Below are positions 29,684 through 39,115 of a stretch of 64,000 nt of DNA, piece after piece; within the stretch, counting starts at the first letter, position 1, and every line of letters begins with the position of its first letter. Position numbers and translations under genes: made by a program. This stretch comes from Candidatus Latescibacterota bacterium. GTDB taxonomy: Bacteria > Latescibacterota > UBA2968 > UBA8231. Below the pieces are notes generated by a model, which saw only the letters and a list, made by a program, of their open reading frames with translations, had not been told where the DNA came from and searched no databases. The DNA lies in contig DASCMS010000088.1 in assembly GCA_036011085.1 (NCBI GenBank), forward strand, positions 1,855 to 65,854, in the 5' to 3' direction.

Positions 29684-31123
29684 CTACATCTCGTCGTCAT
29701 TCATCACCGTAGGCACGCCCAGCAGCTGCGGCATACGATCCGGCCGCGGCACGACGACGCCGTCGATGACCTGCCTCATGGCCGACAGCCCGACATCGTA
29801 GCGGCTGGCCGGATGCCACAGCATGCAACCGTCGGCGCCGGCATCCGCGGCGCCCTGCATCTGCTCGGCTACGTAGGCCTCGTCAAACTCCGGGATCCGG
29901 TACGGGAAGGATTGCACCCAGGGACGCACGGCCACGCCGTGAGCCTGGGCCAGGGGCACCATGCGCCGAACGCCTTCGTACACCAGGTAATACGGATAGT
30001 CCACCGGGTTCGTCAGTCCCAGGAAGTTGCCATAGAAGTGGGACGGGTAGAGCATGGGGCTGGCGATATCGAGCAGGGGCAACAGGTCGGGCAGATACTG
30101 ACCGATGCGATCGCGGTCCGCCGATCGGCCCCAGGCGGCCACACCGAAAACATCGGCGGCGAGCAGCACGCCGGATCCGGCCAGGCGGTTGCGCACCTGG
30201 CGGACGAAATCGGTGATCACAGCATCCCGTGACAGGCTATCCGCATATGCAAAAACGGCGCTGTCGGCGGCTGACTCCGTTGGAAAACGCACGTAATCGA
30301 GCTGCACCTCGTCGATACCGAAGGTGACCATCTCATCGACCACGGAGAGCAGGTAGGCCTGCACCTCGGTGTTGGCCGGGTCGAGCCAGCCGGCCTCCCA
30401 GGGATGGCCGTCGGGCAGTCGTGGCGCCAGGTCGGGGCGGGCCGCTGCCAGGCGTTCGTCGTAGAAGCAGCTCAGCCGGCCGACGACGTGCAGATCCCGC
30501 CGGTGCAGTTGATCGACGAGAGCTGCCGGCCTCTGGATCGAGGCCAGACTGTCGACTTGTGTCTGTCGAGCCAGTGTGGAAGAAGAGAGGAAGCTGAGGT
30601 CGCCCTCGCGGTCCTTGATGTCGAAGACGACGGTGTTTCCCCCCACTGCGACCAGGGCGTCGGCCAGAGCCATCATCCGTGGCGATCCGGCCACGAGTGC
30701 CGTGGCGTAGATGCCACGGGCCGGACGGGGATCGACGATGCGACGTGGTTGGTCCTGCGCCGGACCCCGCCGAAGGGGCACCGTCAGCACCTGACCGGGG
30801 AGAAGTCGATCGGACTCCAGCTCGTTTAGATGGCGCATTCCGATCGCGAGCTCTGCGGCGGTGTAGTGATCGCTGCGCTCGAGCAGGTCAGCGGCGATGC
30901 TGAGCAGCGATTCGCCTCGCTTGACCACGACCGTGGTGTCACCCGCTGTCGGTTGTGTGAACGCAGTCTGCGCCTGGGCGCCTTCCTGGTCCACAAACAG
31001 GGCCGCCAGAAACAGGGCCGCCGGACCAAGGCGCAGCAACTGGGATGGTGAACGGCTGAAGAAACTGCTTCCGGTAGTACCCATAATCTGACCAACCAAC
31101 TGGAAATACAAGGGGTTAGCCAA
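29684..31123 (-). CDS. LysM-domain protein with putative glycoside-hydrolase-like TIM domain (COG1306/GHL family)
   Basis: LysM-like VVVKRGESLLSIAADLL...LLPGQVLTVP, then NTVVFDIKDREGDLSF...WLDPANTEVQAYLLSVVDEMVTFGIDEVQLDYVRFP. The true start may be the ATG at 31084. Confidence 0.65.
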   Translation of the reverse strand: MANPLYFQLVGQIMGTTGSSFFSRSPSQLLRLGPAALFLAALFVDQEGAQAQTAFTQPTAGDTTVVVKRGESLLSIAADLLERSDHYTAAELAIGMRHLNELESDRLLPGQVLTVPLRRGPAQDQPRRIVDPRPARGIYATALVAGSPRMMALADALVAVGGNTVVFDIKDREGDLSFLSSSTLARQTQVDSLASIQRPAALVDQLHRRDLHVVGRLSCFYDERLAAARPDLAPRLPDGHPWEAGWLDPANTEVQAYLLSVVDEMVTFGIDEVQLDYVRFPTESAADSAVFAYADSLSRDAVITDFVRQVRNRLAGSGVLLAADVFGVAAWGRSADRDRIGQYLPDLLPLLDIASPMLYPSHFYGNFLGLTNPVDYPYYLVYEGVRRMVPLAQAHGVAVRPWVQSFPYRIPEFDEAYVAEQMQGAADAGADGCMLWHPASRYDVGLSAMRQVIDGVVVPRPDRMPQLLGVPTVMNDDEM

Positions 31124-31135
31124 GATAGGGGTTTG

Positions 31136-32968
31136 TCACGGCGGCGGCAATGGAAAGGCCTCGTCTTCCTCCAGAAAGACCTCCTCCATGTCCAGATCAG
31201 AGAAGGTCATCTTCCAGGCACTGGCTCCCACCTGGGCCCGCTGCACATCGAGACGGACGCTCTGCAGCATGGCCAGACGGCTGACGCCGAAAGTCACCGT
31301 CGCCACCAGGCCACCACGCAGCACGACATCGATCCCTTCGACCTGGCCGCCGTATTCGAGTTCGATCCAATGGTCTCCGGGATCCAGGTTGTGCAGCAAC
31401 AGGCCATGACGGCTGCCGCGCAGGATGTCGACGCGATGACGGCCGTCCACCCGAACCGTCACACCGTCGGCACCCAGGGTCGTGCCGAGGGGGGCCCGGA
31501 CAATGGCCACGGAGGCGTCGAGGGCGTCGTAGAGCCCGGGATCGACCTGCTCGGCGCCGTCGGCGGAGAACGAGTCGAGCCGGGCGACTTGCCTGGCCGA
31601 CTTGGGACGTGACTTGCGCCACGCCGGCAGGGCGCGGGTCTTGGCGACGGTGCCTTTCCTGGTCAGCGCGTGTACGATCAGGTTGACACCCGTCACCAGA
31701 GCTGGCGACCCGAAGATGGCGACGTCAGGATCGTCGGACAGGGACCCAAACCAGCGACCGTGCAGATCGAGATCGCTGACCACGGCGACGAGAGTGTCGC
31801 CCAGGCTCACGCCCCAGAGACCGAGTGGATCCTGACCACTGTCCTCGAAAGCGCCTTCGTTCGGGTCCAGATTGAGGGGGCCATCGACGGCGGCGGCAGG
31901 CGGATCGATGCGGTCGCCTACCGGGTATTGCCAGGATGTCGGCAGCGCCTCCAGATAATCCCACTGGCTCTTGTTCTCGCCGGGGAAGCCTGCCGGGAAA
32001 CCGTAGAATGACTGGTAGATCGGATGCTCGACGGGTAACGGCCCGATGCCGGCATCGGTGCCAAACAACTCCCGGAGCATGTCGACGGCCTGGCCAAGGA
32101 ACCGATATCTCCCCTCGATGAACAGCAGCCCCCCCTGGCGCATGTAGGCCTCAAGGAAGTCGCGATCGTCAGACGACAGCTGCAGCAGCGGCCACGCCCC
32201 GATCAACTCTCGCCCGCCGCCCTCGATGAGAAAGTGGACAGGATCCTCCATCAGACTCGGATCCTCAAGGGACTCGGAAGTGCCGGCTCGAACCTGCACC
32301 AGCAGATCCGTGTGGTCGCGCATGTAGCGCGCCAGTGCCTCGAGACCTGGAACTCCTGTCGGTGGGCCACCATCCCGAAGTATCAGAGGACCACCGCCAG
32401 CGCCCCGCAGCCGCAATCGTGTCAGGTTGACGAAGCCGGTGATGCCGCGCCGGTTCGCCGGGTCGATGAGCACCATCGCCCGCTCCCGTCCCCGGGCCAG
32501 ATCGTGCACCCGCATCAGATCGAGAGACTCCTGTCGCATCGAATCCCTCGAGCTCTCGATCTGGGCAATGGCTCGCAGCACGTCTTCTGACTGTTCGACG
32601 CTGAACGTATCCGCCCGCGTCGCCACGTCGATCGTCTGCAGGGCCACCTCCGGTTCGGGCACAGCCTCGGCGGGCGGCGGTGTATCCAGCCGGGTCGTCT
32701 CGTCGAGTGGCCGGACGGCGGACTCGGCCGGGCGATACTCCATCTCGGTACGCGGCACGGGGGTCACCGGCCGCTCCGCCACCAGTCGCCTGGGTTCGAA
32801 GCGAACGACCTGCATCAGCCGCGCTTCGAAAGCCTTCGCTTCGATCTCCCGCTGCCGCCAGTCGGCAATCCACAGGACCGACAGCAGGTGCAACAGGGCA
32901 GACACCAGCAGAAACGGCAGAATGACACGGTGACGGCGCGTGAAGGGAACCCGGCGAATCGGTGTCAT
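31136..32968 (-). CDS. Membrane-anchored DUF4159-like protein with extra C-terminal beta-rich domain
   Basis: N-terminal TM helix. DUF4159-like blocks DPSLMEDPVHFLIEGGG, LSSDDRDFLEAYMRQGGLLFIE, LPVEHPIYQSFY and GVNLIVHALT. Confidence 0.55.
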   Translation of the reverse strand: MTPIRRVPFTRRHRVILPFLLVSALLHLLSVLWIADWRQREIEAKAFEARLMQVVRFEPRRLVAERPVTPVPRTEMEYRPAESAVRPLDETTRLDTPPPAEAVPEPEVALQTIDVATRADTFSVEQSEDVLRAIAQIESSRDSMRQESLDLMRVHDLARGRERAMVLIDPANRRGITGFVNLTRLRLRGAGGGPLILRDGGPPTGVPGLEALARYMRDHTDLLVQVRAGTSESLEDPSLMEDPVHFLIEGGGRELIGAWPLLQLSSDDRDFLEAYMRQGGLLFIEGRYRFLGQAVDMLRELFGTDAGIGPLPVEHPIYQSFYGFPAGFPGENKSQWDYLEALPTSWQYPVGDRIDPPAAAVDGPLNLDPNEGAFEDSGQDPLGLWGVSLGDTLVAVVSDLDLHGRWFGSLSDDPDVAIFGSPALVTGVNLIVHALTRKGTVAKTRALPAWRKSRPKSARQVARLDSFSADGAEQVDPGLYDALDASVAIVRAPLGTTLGADGVTVRVDGRHRVDILRGSRHGLLLHNLDPGDHWIELEYGGQVEGIDVVLRGGLVATVTFGVSRLAMLQSVRLDVQRAQVGASAWKMTFSDLDMEEVFLEEDEAFPLPPP

Positions 32969-33036
32969 GGTTTGTTTAGGACGCGTGAGGCCGCCGGGAG
33001 GGATAACGACAGTTCGTCGTGCCCCTGGTTCGTTTT

Positions 33037-33065
33037 TTGCCGATGCCTGTCACGCTAGCTATTTT
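33037..33065 (+). promoter_or_regulatory. Candidate sigma-70 promoter for the PDH operon
   Basis: TTGCCG (33037-33042), 17-nt spacer, TATTTT (33060-33065). About 60 nt upstream of the aceE ATG, in a locally AT-richer stretch. Confidence 0.3.
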
Positions 33066-33124
33066 CATCCGTTTCAGAGTCCGGTTCCAGCTCTCGTCGC
33101 ACCACGCCTCGATCAAGATAGCCA

Positions 33125-35818
33125 ATGAGCAATTCCACCCGTGTGGACCAGACCCCGATCTCACCAAACGGTGAGGTCGAACTCGAACTGCGCGAGTGGC
33201 TCGACTCCCTCGACTACGTACTCGCCAACCGGTCTCCCGATCAGGTGCGGGAGCTGCTGTATCAGCTGCACAGCCGCGCCGAAGCGGCCGGCGTGTCTCT
33301 GCCGATCACGGCCAAGACACCCTACATCAACACGATTCCCCGCAGCCAGCAGCCGCCCTACCCCGGCAGTCGCGAGGTCGAGCGTCGCATCAAGAGCCTG
33401 ATCCGCTGGAACGCCATGGCCATGGTCGTGCGCGCCAACAGCGATCCCGCGTCCCCCGGTGGCCACATCTCAACCTTCGCCTCGTCGGCAACCCTGTACG
33501 AGGTCGGACTCAACCATTTCTTCCGCGCGCCGAACGGCGACTCCAGTGGCGACCTGGTCTTCATCCAAGGTCACGCTGCCCCCGGGATGTACGCCCGCGC
33601 TTTTCTCGAGGGCAGACTCACCGAGCGCCACCTGGACAACTACCGTCGTGAGACGCGTGAGGGCGGCGGTCTGTCCTCTTACCCGCACCCATGGCTCATG
33701 CCGGACTTCTGGCAGTTCCCCACGGTGTCGATGGGGCTCGGGCCGATCATCTCGATCTATCAAGCCCGCTTCAACCGGTACCTCCAGGACCGCGGCCTGA
33801 GGCCGGCCGACGATGCCAAGGTCTGGGGTTTCTTCGGCGACGGCGAGATGGACGAACCAGAATCTCTGGGCGCGCTGACCCTGGCCTCGCGCGAACAGCT
33901 CGACAACCTGATCTGGGTCGTCAACTGCAACCTGCAGCGACTCGACGGGCCCGTGCGCGGCAACAGCAAGATCATCCAGGAGCTGGAGGGTGCTTTCCGC
34001 GGCGCCGGCTGGAACGTCATCAAAGTGATCTGGGGCGACGACTGGGACAGCCTGCTCGAAAGCGACGACGAAGGACTCCTCGCCCGGCGGATGGGCGAAG
34101 TCGTCGACGGCGAAATGCAGAAGTTCTCAGTCTCCGATGGCGCCCACATCCGTGAGCAGTTTTTCGGCAAGGATCCGCGCCTGCTGAAAATGGTGGAGCA
34201 CCTGACTGACGAACAACTGGCGAAAATGCGTCGCGGCGGACACGATCCCGACAAAGTCCATGCCGCCTACGCCGCTGCCGTGAAACACGAGGGCACTCCC
34301 ACGGTGATCCTCGCCCACACCATCAAGGGCTACGGTCTGGGCGAGGCCGGCGAGGGCATGAACGTCAGCCATCAGCAGAAGAAACTGAACGAGGACGAGT
34401 TGCGCGAATTCCGCACGCGCTTCGGCATTCCCATCGACGACGACGACGTGGCCCGCGCCCCGTTTTACAAACCTGCTGACGACAGTGAGGAGATCCGCTA
34501 CCTCAAGGAGCGACGCGCCGCTCTCGGCGGGTCACTGCCGCAGCGCAGCGTGCGGGCCCGGCCCTTGCCGATGCCCTCTGAGGAGTTGTTCACCGAGTTT
34601 CGTGACGGCACGGGCAACCGCGACATGGCGACCACCATGGCCTTTGCCCGGGTGCTGACCAAGCTCATGCGGGACAAGGATATCGGTGCTCTCATCGTGC
34701 CCATCATTCCCGATGAGGCGCGCACCTTCGGGTTGGATGCACTGTTCCGCCCCTTCGGCATCTACGCCCACGCCGGGCAGAAGTACGAGCCCGTAGATCG
34801 CTCGACACTGTCCTACTACAATGAGTCCATCGATGGTCAGATCCTCGAAGAGGGGATCAATGAAGCAGGCGCCATGTCCTCCTTCATTTCGGCCGGCACC
34901 GCCTATGCCAGCCACGGCGTCAACACGATTCCTTTCTTCGTCTACTACTCGATGTTCGGTCTGCAGCGAATCGGTGATCTCATATGGCTGGCCGGTGACA
35001 TCCGCTGCAAGGGGTTCCTCGTGGGCGGCACCGCCGGGCGCACAACCCTCGCCGGCGAGGGCCTGCAGCACAACGACGGCAACAGCCATCTGCTCGCCTA
35101 TCCCGTACCCAACCTCGTGGCCTACGATCCGGCCTTCGCCTATGAGATCGAGATCATCATCAGGGACGGGATCCGTCGCATGTACGTGGAGCAGGAGGAC
35201 GTGTTCTACTATCTGACGGTGGAGAACGACAGTTACCCCATGCCGGCCATGCCCGAAAGTGCCACCGAGGAGGGCATCCTGAAGGGGATGTATCCCTTCC
35301 GTCCGGCGCACCGGAGCCGCAAGCTGAAGGCCCAGCTTTTCGGCTCGGGGGCCATCATGAACATGGCCCTCGAAGCGCAGGTCCTGCTGGAGGAGAAGTA
35401 CAGCGTCGCGGCTGACGTCTGGAGCATCACCTCCTTCAAGGAACTGCACAACGACGGGCTCGCCGCCGACCGCTGGAATCGGCTGCATCCGGGTCAGCCC
35501 CGGCGATCGCCATGGGTGACCGAGTGTGTGGGCGACGCCAAGGGTGTTTTTGTCATCGCCTCGGATTATGTGAAAGCCCTGCCCGAGTCGATTGCGCGCT
35601 GGTTCCCGCGGATGCCGGTGTCACTTGGCACTGACGGCTTCGGTCGCTCCGAGGGGCGCGAAGCCCTGCGCGACCACTTCGAGGTCGATGCTCGATGGAT
35701 TGCCATCGCCACTCTGAGCGCCCTGGCCGATGACGGCCAGATCGGCCACGAGGCCGTCGCCGAGGCGATTGGTGAGCTCGGCATCGACCCGGAAAAAACC
35801 AACCCCCTCACCGCCTGA
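33125..35818 (+). CDS. aceE: Pyruvate dehydrogenase E1 component, homodimeric type
   Basis: 897 aa with typical AceE sequence (GGHISTFASSATLYEVGLNHFFR, GDGEMDEPES, NCNLQRLDGPVRGN). Confidence 0.95.
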   Translation: MSNSTRVDQTPISPNGEVELELREWLDSLDYVLANRSPDQVRELLYQLHSRAEAAGVSLPITAKTPYINTIPRSQQPPYPGSREVERRIKSLIRWNAMAMVVRANSDPASPGGHISTFASSATLYEVGLNHFFRAPNGDSSGDLVFIQGHAAPGMYARAFLEGRLTERHLDNYRRETREGGGLSSYPHPWLMPDFWQFPTVSMGLGPIISIYQARFNRYLQDRGLRPADDAKVWGFFGDGEMDEPESLGALTLASREQLDNLIWVVNCNLQRLDGPVRGNSKIIQELEGAFRGAGWNVIKVIWGDDWDSLLESDDEGLLARRMGEVVDGEMQKFSVSDGAHIREQFFGKDPRLLKMVEHLTDEQLAKMRRGGHDPDKVHAAYAAAVKHEGTPTVILAHTIKGYGLGEAGEGMNVSHQQKKLNEDELREFRTRFGIPIDDDDVARAPFYKPADDSEEIRYLKERRAALGGSLPQRSVRARPLPMPSEELFTEFRDGTGNRDMATTMAFARVLTKLMRDKDIGALIVPIIPDEARTFGLDALFRPFGIYAHAGQKYEPVDRSTLSYYNESIDGQILEEGINEAGAMSSFISAGTAYASHGVNTIPFFVYYSMFGLQRIGDLIWLAGDIRCKGFLVGGTAGRTTLAGEGLQHNDGNSHLLAYPVPNLVAYDPAFAYEIEIIIRDGIRRMYVEQEDVFYYLTVENDSYPMPAMPESATEEGILKGMYPFRPAHRSRKLKAQLFGSGAIMNMALEAQVLLEEKYSVAADVWSITSFKELHNDGLAADRWNRLHPGQPRRSPWVTECVGDAKGVFVIASDYVKALPESIARWFPRMPVSLGTDGFGRSEGREALRDHFEVDARWIAIATLSALADDGQIGHEAVAEAIGELGIDPEKTNPLTA

Positions 35819-35832
35819 ACAGGGATACGTAC

Positions 35833-37134
35833 GTGGCTGAGTTCAAACTGCCTGATCTCGGTGAAAACATCGAGTCCGGCGAGGTGGTCAACGTCCTCGT
35901 CGCGGAAGGCGACACGCTGTCAGAGGACCAGCCCGTGATCGAGCTGGAGACCGACAAGGCGGTGATCGAGGTGCCGTCTTCCGTCAGCGGTACGGTGAAG
36001 AAGGTCCTCGTCGCCAAGGGTGACCAGGCGACAGTGGGTCAGGTTCTGCTGGAGGTCGGTGGCGGTGAAGTGCCGAAGCCAACAGCCGAGGCCGCAGCTG
36101 GCCCGCCGGCGGTCGAGACACCAGCGCCGCAGGCGCCGCCGCCGCTTGAGGTCGCGCCGCCCGTGGCCGCGCCAGACAGCACCAGCCCCTCGCCGGTGCC
36201 GGCGTCGCCCAGAACGGCAACCGTGCATCCGGCTGCCCGCCCGGTGCCCGCAGCCCCCTCCGTCCGCCGCCTGGCGCGCGAGATCGGCATCGATGTCGCC
36301 GCCGTGGAGGGCACCGGCCCCGGTGGCCGCATCTGTGAAGGCGACGTCAAGGCCCACTCGAAGAGGCAGCACGAAACCGGGGCCGCCAGCCCGGGTATCG
36401 CTGCCGCCGCCCTGCCGGACTTCAGCAAATGGGGCGAGATTGAGCGTGAGCCCTTCAGCAACGTACGCCGCATCACCGCCCAGCGGATGGCGGCGTCGTG
36501 GTCGACCATCCCCCACGTGACACAATTCGATCAGTGTGATGTCACCGACCTGGAGACTTGGCGCAAGACCTTCGGCAAGCAGGTCGAGAAGGCCGGAGCC
36601 AAGCTCACGCCGACGGCCATCATCCTCAAAGTCGCCGCCGCTGCCTTGCGCAAGTTTCCGCAGTTCGCCAGCAGTATCGATATGGCCGGCGAGGAGATCG
36701 TCTACAAGAAGTACTGCCATATCGGCGTTGCGGTGGACACGAAGCGGGGTCTTCTCGTGCCGGTCATCCGCGACGTGGACGAGAAGTCGATCACGGAGAT
36801 CTCCGTGGAGCTTGGCGAAATGGCCGAAAAGACACGCACCGGCAAGGTCTCCGTCGACGACATGCAGGGCGGCTGCTTCACCGTCAGCAATCTCGGCGGC
36901 ATCGGCGGCACCGCCTTTACCCCGATCGTCAACGCACCGGAGGTCGCCATCCTCGGCGTGGCCCGCGGCAGCGCGCAGCCGGTCTACGTCGATGGACAGT
37001 TGCAGCCGCGGACGATCATGCCCCTGTCGCTGTCGTACGACCACCGGGTAATCGACGGCGCTGACGGGGCCCGCTTCCTGCGCTACATCTGTCAGGGCCT
37101 CGAGAATCCCTACTTCCTGGCCTTCGAGGGCTGA
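35833..37134 (+). CDS. aceF: Dihydrolipoamide acetyltransferase E2 (single lipoyl domain)
   Basis: GTG start. Lipoyl domain ELETDKAVIEVPS, Ala/Pro linker, subunit-binding domain PSVRRLAREIGIDV, and catalytic DHRVIDGA. Confidence 0.9.
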   Translation: MAEFKLPDLGENIESGEVVNVLVAEGDTLSEDQPVIELETDKAVIEVPSSVSGTVKKVLVAKGDQATVGQVLLEVGGGEVPKPTAEAAAGPPAVETPAPQAPPPLEVAPPVAAPDSTSPSPVPASPRTATVHPAARPVPAAPSVRRLAREIGIDVAAVEGTGPGGRICEGDVKAHSKRQHETGAASPGIAAAALPDFSKWGEIEREPFSNVRRITAQRMAASWSTIPHVTQFDQCDVTDLETWRKTFGKQVEKAGAKLTPTAIILKVAAAALRKFPQFASSIDMAGEEIVYKKYCHIGVAVDTKRGLLVPVIRDVDEKSITEISVELGEMAEKTRTGKVSVDDMQGGCFTVSNLGGIGGTAFTPIVNAPEVAILGVARGSAQPVYVDGQLQPRTIMPLSLSYDHRVIDGADGARFLRYICQGLENPYFLAFEG

Positions 37135-37139
37135 AACCC

Positions 37140-38552
37140 ATGGCCGCTGACCAGACGCAGATCGCGGTCATCGGTGGTGGTCCGGGCGGCTACGTGGCCG
37201 CCTTCCGCGCCGCCGATCTCGGCCTCGATGTCACCCTGATCGATCTGGACGAGAACCCCGGCGGCGTCTGTCTCTACCGTGGGTGTATTCCGTCAAAGGC
37301 CTTGCTGCATGTGGCCAAGCTGCTGAACGAGACGAAGGAAGCCGCCGAGTGGGGGGTCACCTTCGGCGAACCCCGGATTGACCTGGACGGACTGCGCGCC
37401 TTCAAGGATCGTGTCGTGGCCAGGATGACCGGCGGCCTCGGACAGCTGTCGAAGGCCCGCAAGGTCACCTACGTGCGCGGCCGCGCTCGCTTCACCGGCG
37501 CCCAGTCGCTCAAGATCGACCTCCACGATGGTGGCCAGCAGGATCTGAGTTTCGAGCAGGCCGTCCTGGCCACGGGATCTCGCCCCGTCGTGCTGCCCGC
37601 CTTTGACATCGGTTCCGAACGCGTCATGGACTCTACTGGAGCCCTGGAACTGCGGGACGTGCCCGGACGCCTTCTCGTCGTTGGCGGCGGCATCATCGGC
37701 CTCGAGCTCGGCCAGGTCTACGCCGCTCTCGGGTCGCAAGTATCCGTTGTCGAGATGACCGATGGCCTCATCCCGCCGGCAGACCGCGATCTGGTCAAGG
37801 TGCTGAGCCGGCGCCTCGAATCGCAGTTCGAGGGGGTTCACCTGAATACGAAGGTCACCGCCGTCGCCGAGAACGGGAACGCGCTGGACGTGTCCTGGGA
37901 GCCGGTCACAGGTGGTGATGGTGCGACGCAGACCTTCGATCGCATCCTGTTGTCTATCGGTCGCCGACCCAACACCGAGGACCTCGGCCTCGAAACCACG
38001 AGGATTCAATTGACCGAACGCGGTTTCGTCTCGGTCGACGCCCAGCGTCGCACCGCCGAGCCGTCGATTTTCGCCATCGGCGACGTCATCGGCTCGGCCC
38101 TGGCGCACACCGCGTCCCACGAGGGTATCGTCGCCGCCGAAGTCATGTCCGGAGAACGCTCCGCCTTTGAGCCGAACGCGATCCCCGGTGTCGTCTACAC
38201 CGACCCCGAGATCGCCTGGTGCGGTCTGACCGAGAGTGAAGCCGCAGGACGCGACATCAAGGTGGCGCGCTTCCCCTGGGCCGCCTCCGGTCGGGCCACG
38301 ACCCTCGGCCGCAGTGACGGCCTCACCAAGCTGATCGTCGACCCGCAGACCGAGCGCATCCTCGGCGTCGGTATCGCCGGCCCGGGTGCGGGAGAGCTCA
38401 TCGCCGAAGGTGTGCTCGCCGTGGAGATGGCCGCCCTCGTGCAGGATGTGGCCCTGACCATCCATCCCCATCCCAGCCTGTCAGAGACAGTGATGGAAGC
38501 GGCCGAGGCCTATCACGGCCTGAGTCCACATATCACGGGACCCCGGAGATAG
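37140..38552 (+). CDS. lpdA: Dihydrolipoyl dehydrogenase E3
   Basis: 470 aa. GGGPGGY FAD motif, redox-active GGVCLYRGCIPSK, and C-terminal HPHPSLSE. Confidence 0.93.
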   Translation: MAADQTQIAVIGGGPGGYVAAFRAADLGLDVTLIDLDENPGGVCLYRGCIPSKALLHVAKLLNETKEAAEWGVTFGEPRIDLDGLRAFKDRVVARMTGGLGQLSKARKVTYVRGRARFTGAQSLKIDLHDGGQQDLSFEQAVLATGSRPVVLPAFDIGSERVMDSTGALELRDVPGRLLVVGGGIIGLELGQVYAALGSQVSVVEMTDGLIPPADRDLVKVLSRRLESQFEGVHLNTKVTAVAENGNALDVSWEPVTGGDGATQTFDRILLSIGRRPNTEDLGLETTRIQLTERGFVSVDAQRRTAEPSIFAIGDVIGSALAHTASHEGIVAAEVMSGERSAFEPNAIPGVVYTDPEIAWCGLTESEAAGRDIKVARFPWAASGRATTLGRSDGLTKLIVDPQTERILGVGIAGPGAGELIAEGVLAVEMAALVQDVALTIHPHPSLSETVMEAAEAYHGLSPHITGPRR

Positions 38553-38788
38553 GCGGCGGCAACAATTGCCGCTCCCCGGTCACGGGATCGGGAAGAGCCT
38601 TCCCATGCCGCGGGGAGCAGGTTGCTCAGAGTCCACGGCTCTTATTGTCATAACATACTGTTTCAACGCATGTTACGCGTCTTCTATGCCACTCGGCAGG
38701 AAATCGGCACAGGCTTTGCGTCGTCTGGGTGCGGGGATCACTGTCCCCGGCACCCTTTTCCATTTGGACACGTCTGCCCGAGAGCAAG

Positions 38789-39016
38789 ATGGAACTCACG
38801 CCCCTCTCAAATACCCACATCGATCGGCGATTGCAGGACATCGACCGCCAGATTTCCAGCGCCCTGCGTGACATCCGCAAGAATCTGGAGGAACTGGAGC
38901 AGGCGTCGAACCAGCCGGGAGATGGGGCCTCTGCCACCGGCCCAGCGGCGCGCGACAAAGGGTTTGCCGATGCTCTGCGCAACGCCATGGATCGGGGCGG
39001 CGCCAGCAGCGGCTGA
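38789..39016 (+). CDS. Hypothetical small charged/coiled-coil protein
   Basis: ORF 38729..39016 trimmed to the ATG at 38789 (MELTPLSNTHIDRRLQDIDRQISSALRDIRKNLEELEQ...). No recognisable family. Lies in a lower-GC intergenic-like stretch. Confidence 0.3.
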   Translation: MELTPLSNTHIDRRLQDIDRQISSALRDIRKNLEELEQASNQPGDGASATGPAARDKGFADALRNAMDRGGASSG

Positions 39017-39115
39017 CTATAGAGTGACGACCGGCTTTTCAGTGGCCGGTTGCAGCGGGCGGGGCTATCTTTGCCGCTCGGCTTTCTCCCTTTCACGGTT
39101 TCCATCTCACTGATC

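Noticed and set aside
28139-29712. Alternate-frame ORFs (339 aa minus strand, 287 aa and 440 aa plus strand) over the symporter locus
   Set aside because: The AGCS symporter frame has clear family motifs and hydrophobic TM periodicity. The others are Arg/Pro/Gly-rich out-of-frame products.
35920-38471. 374-aa and 392-aa minus-strand ORFs (35920..37044, 37293..38471)
   Set aside because: They are antisense to the E2 and E3 genes of the PDH complex. They are shadow ORFs.
38553-38610. Short hairpins after lpdA (GCGGCAA-CAA-TTGCCGC; GGGAAG-AGC-CTTCCC), considered as an intrinsic terminator
   Set aside because: The stems are short and no T-tract follows. That is not enough to call a terminator.
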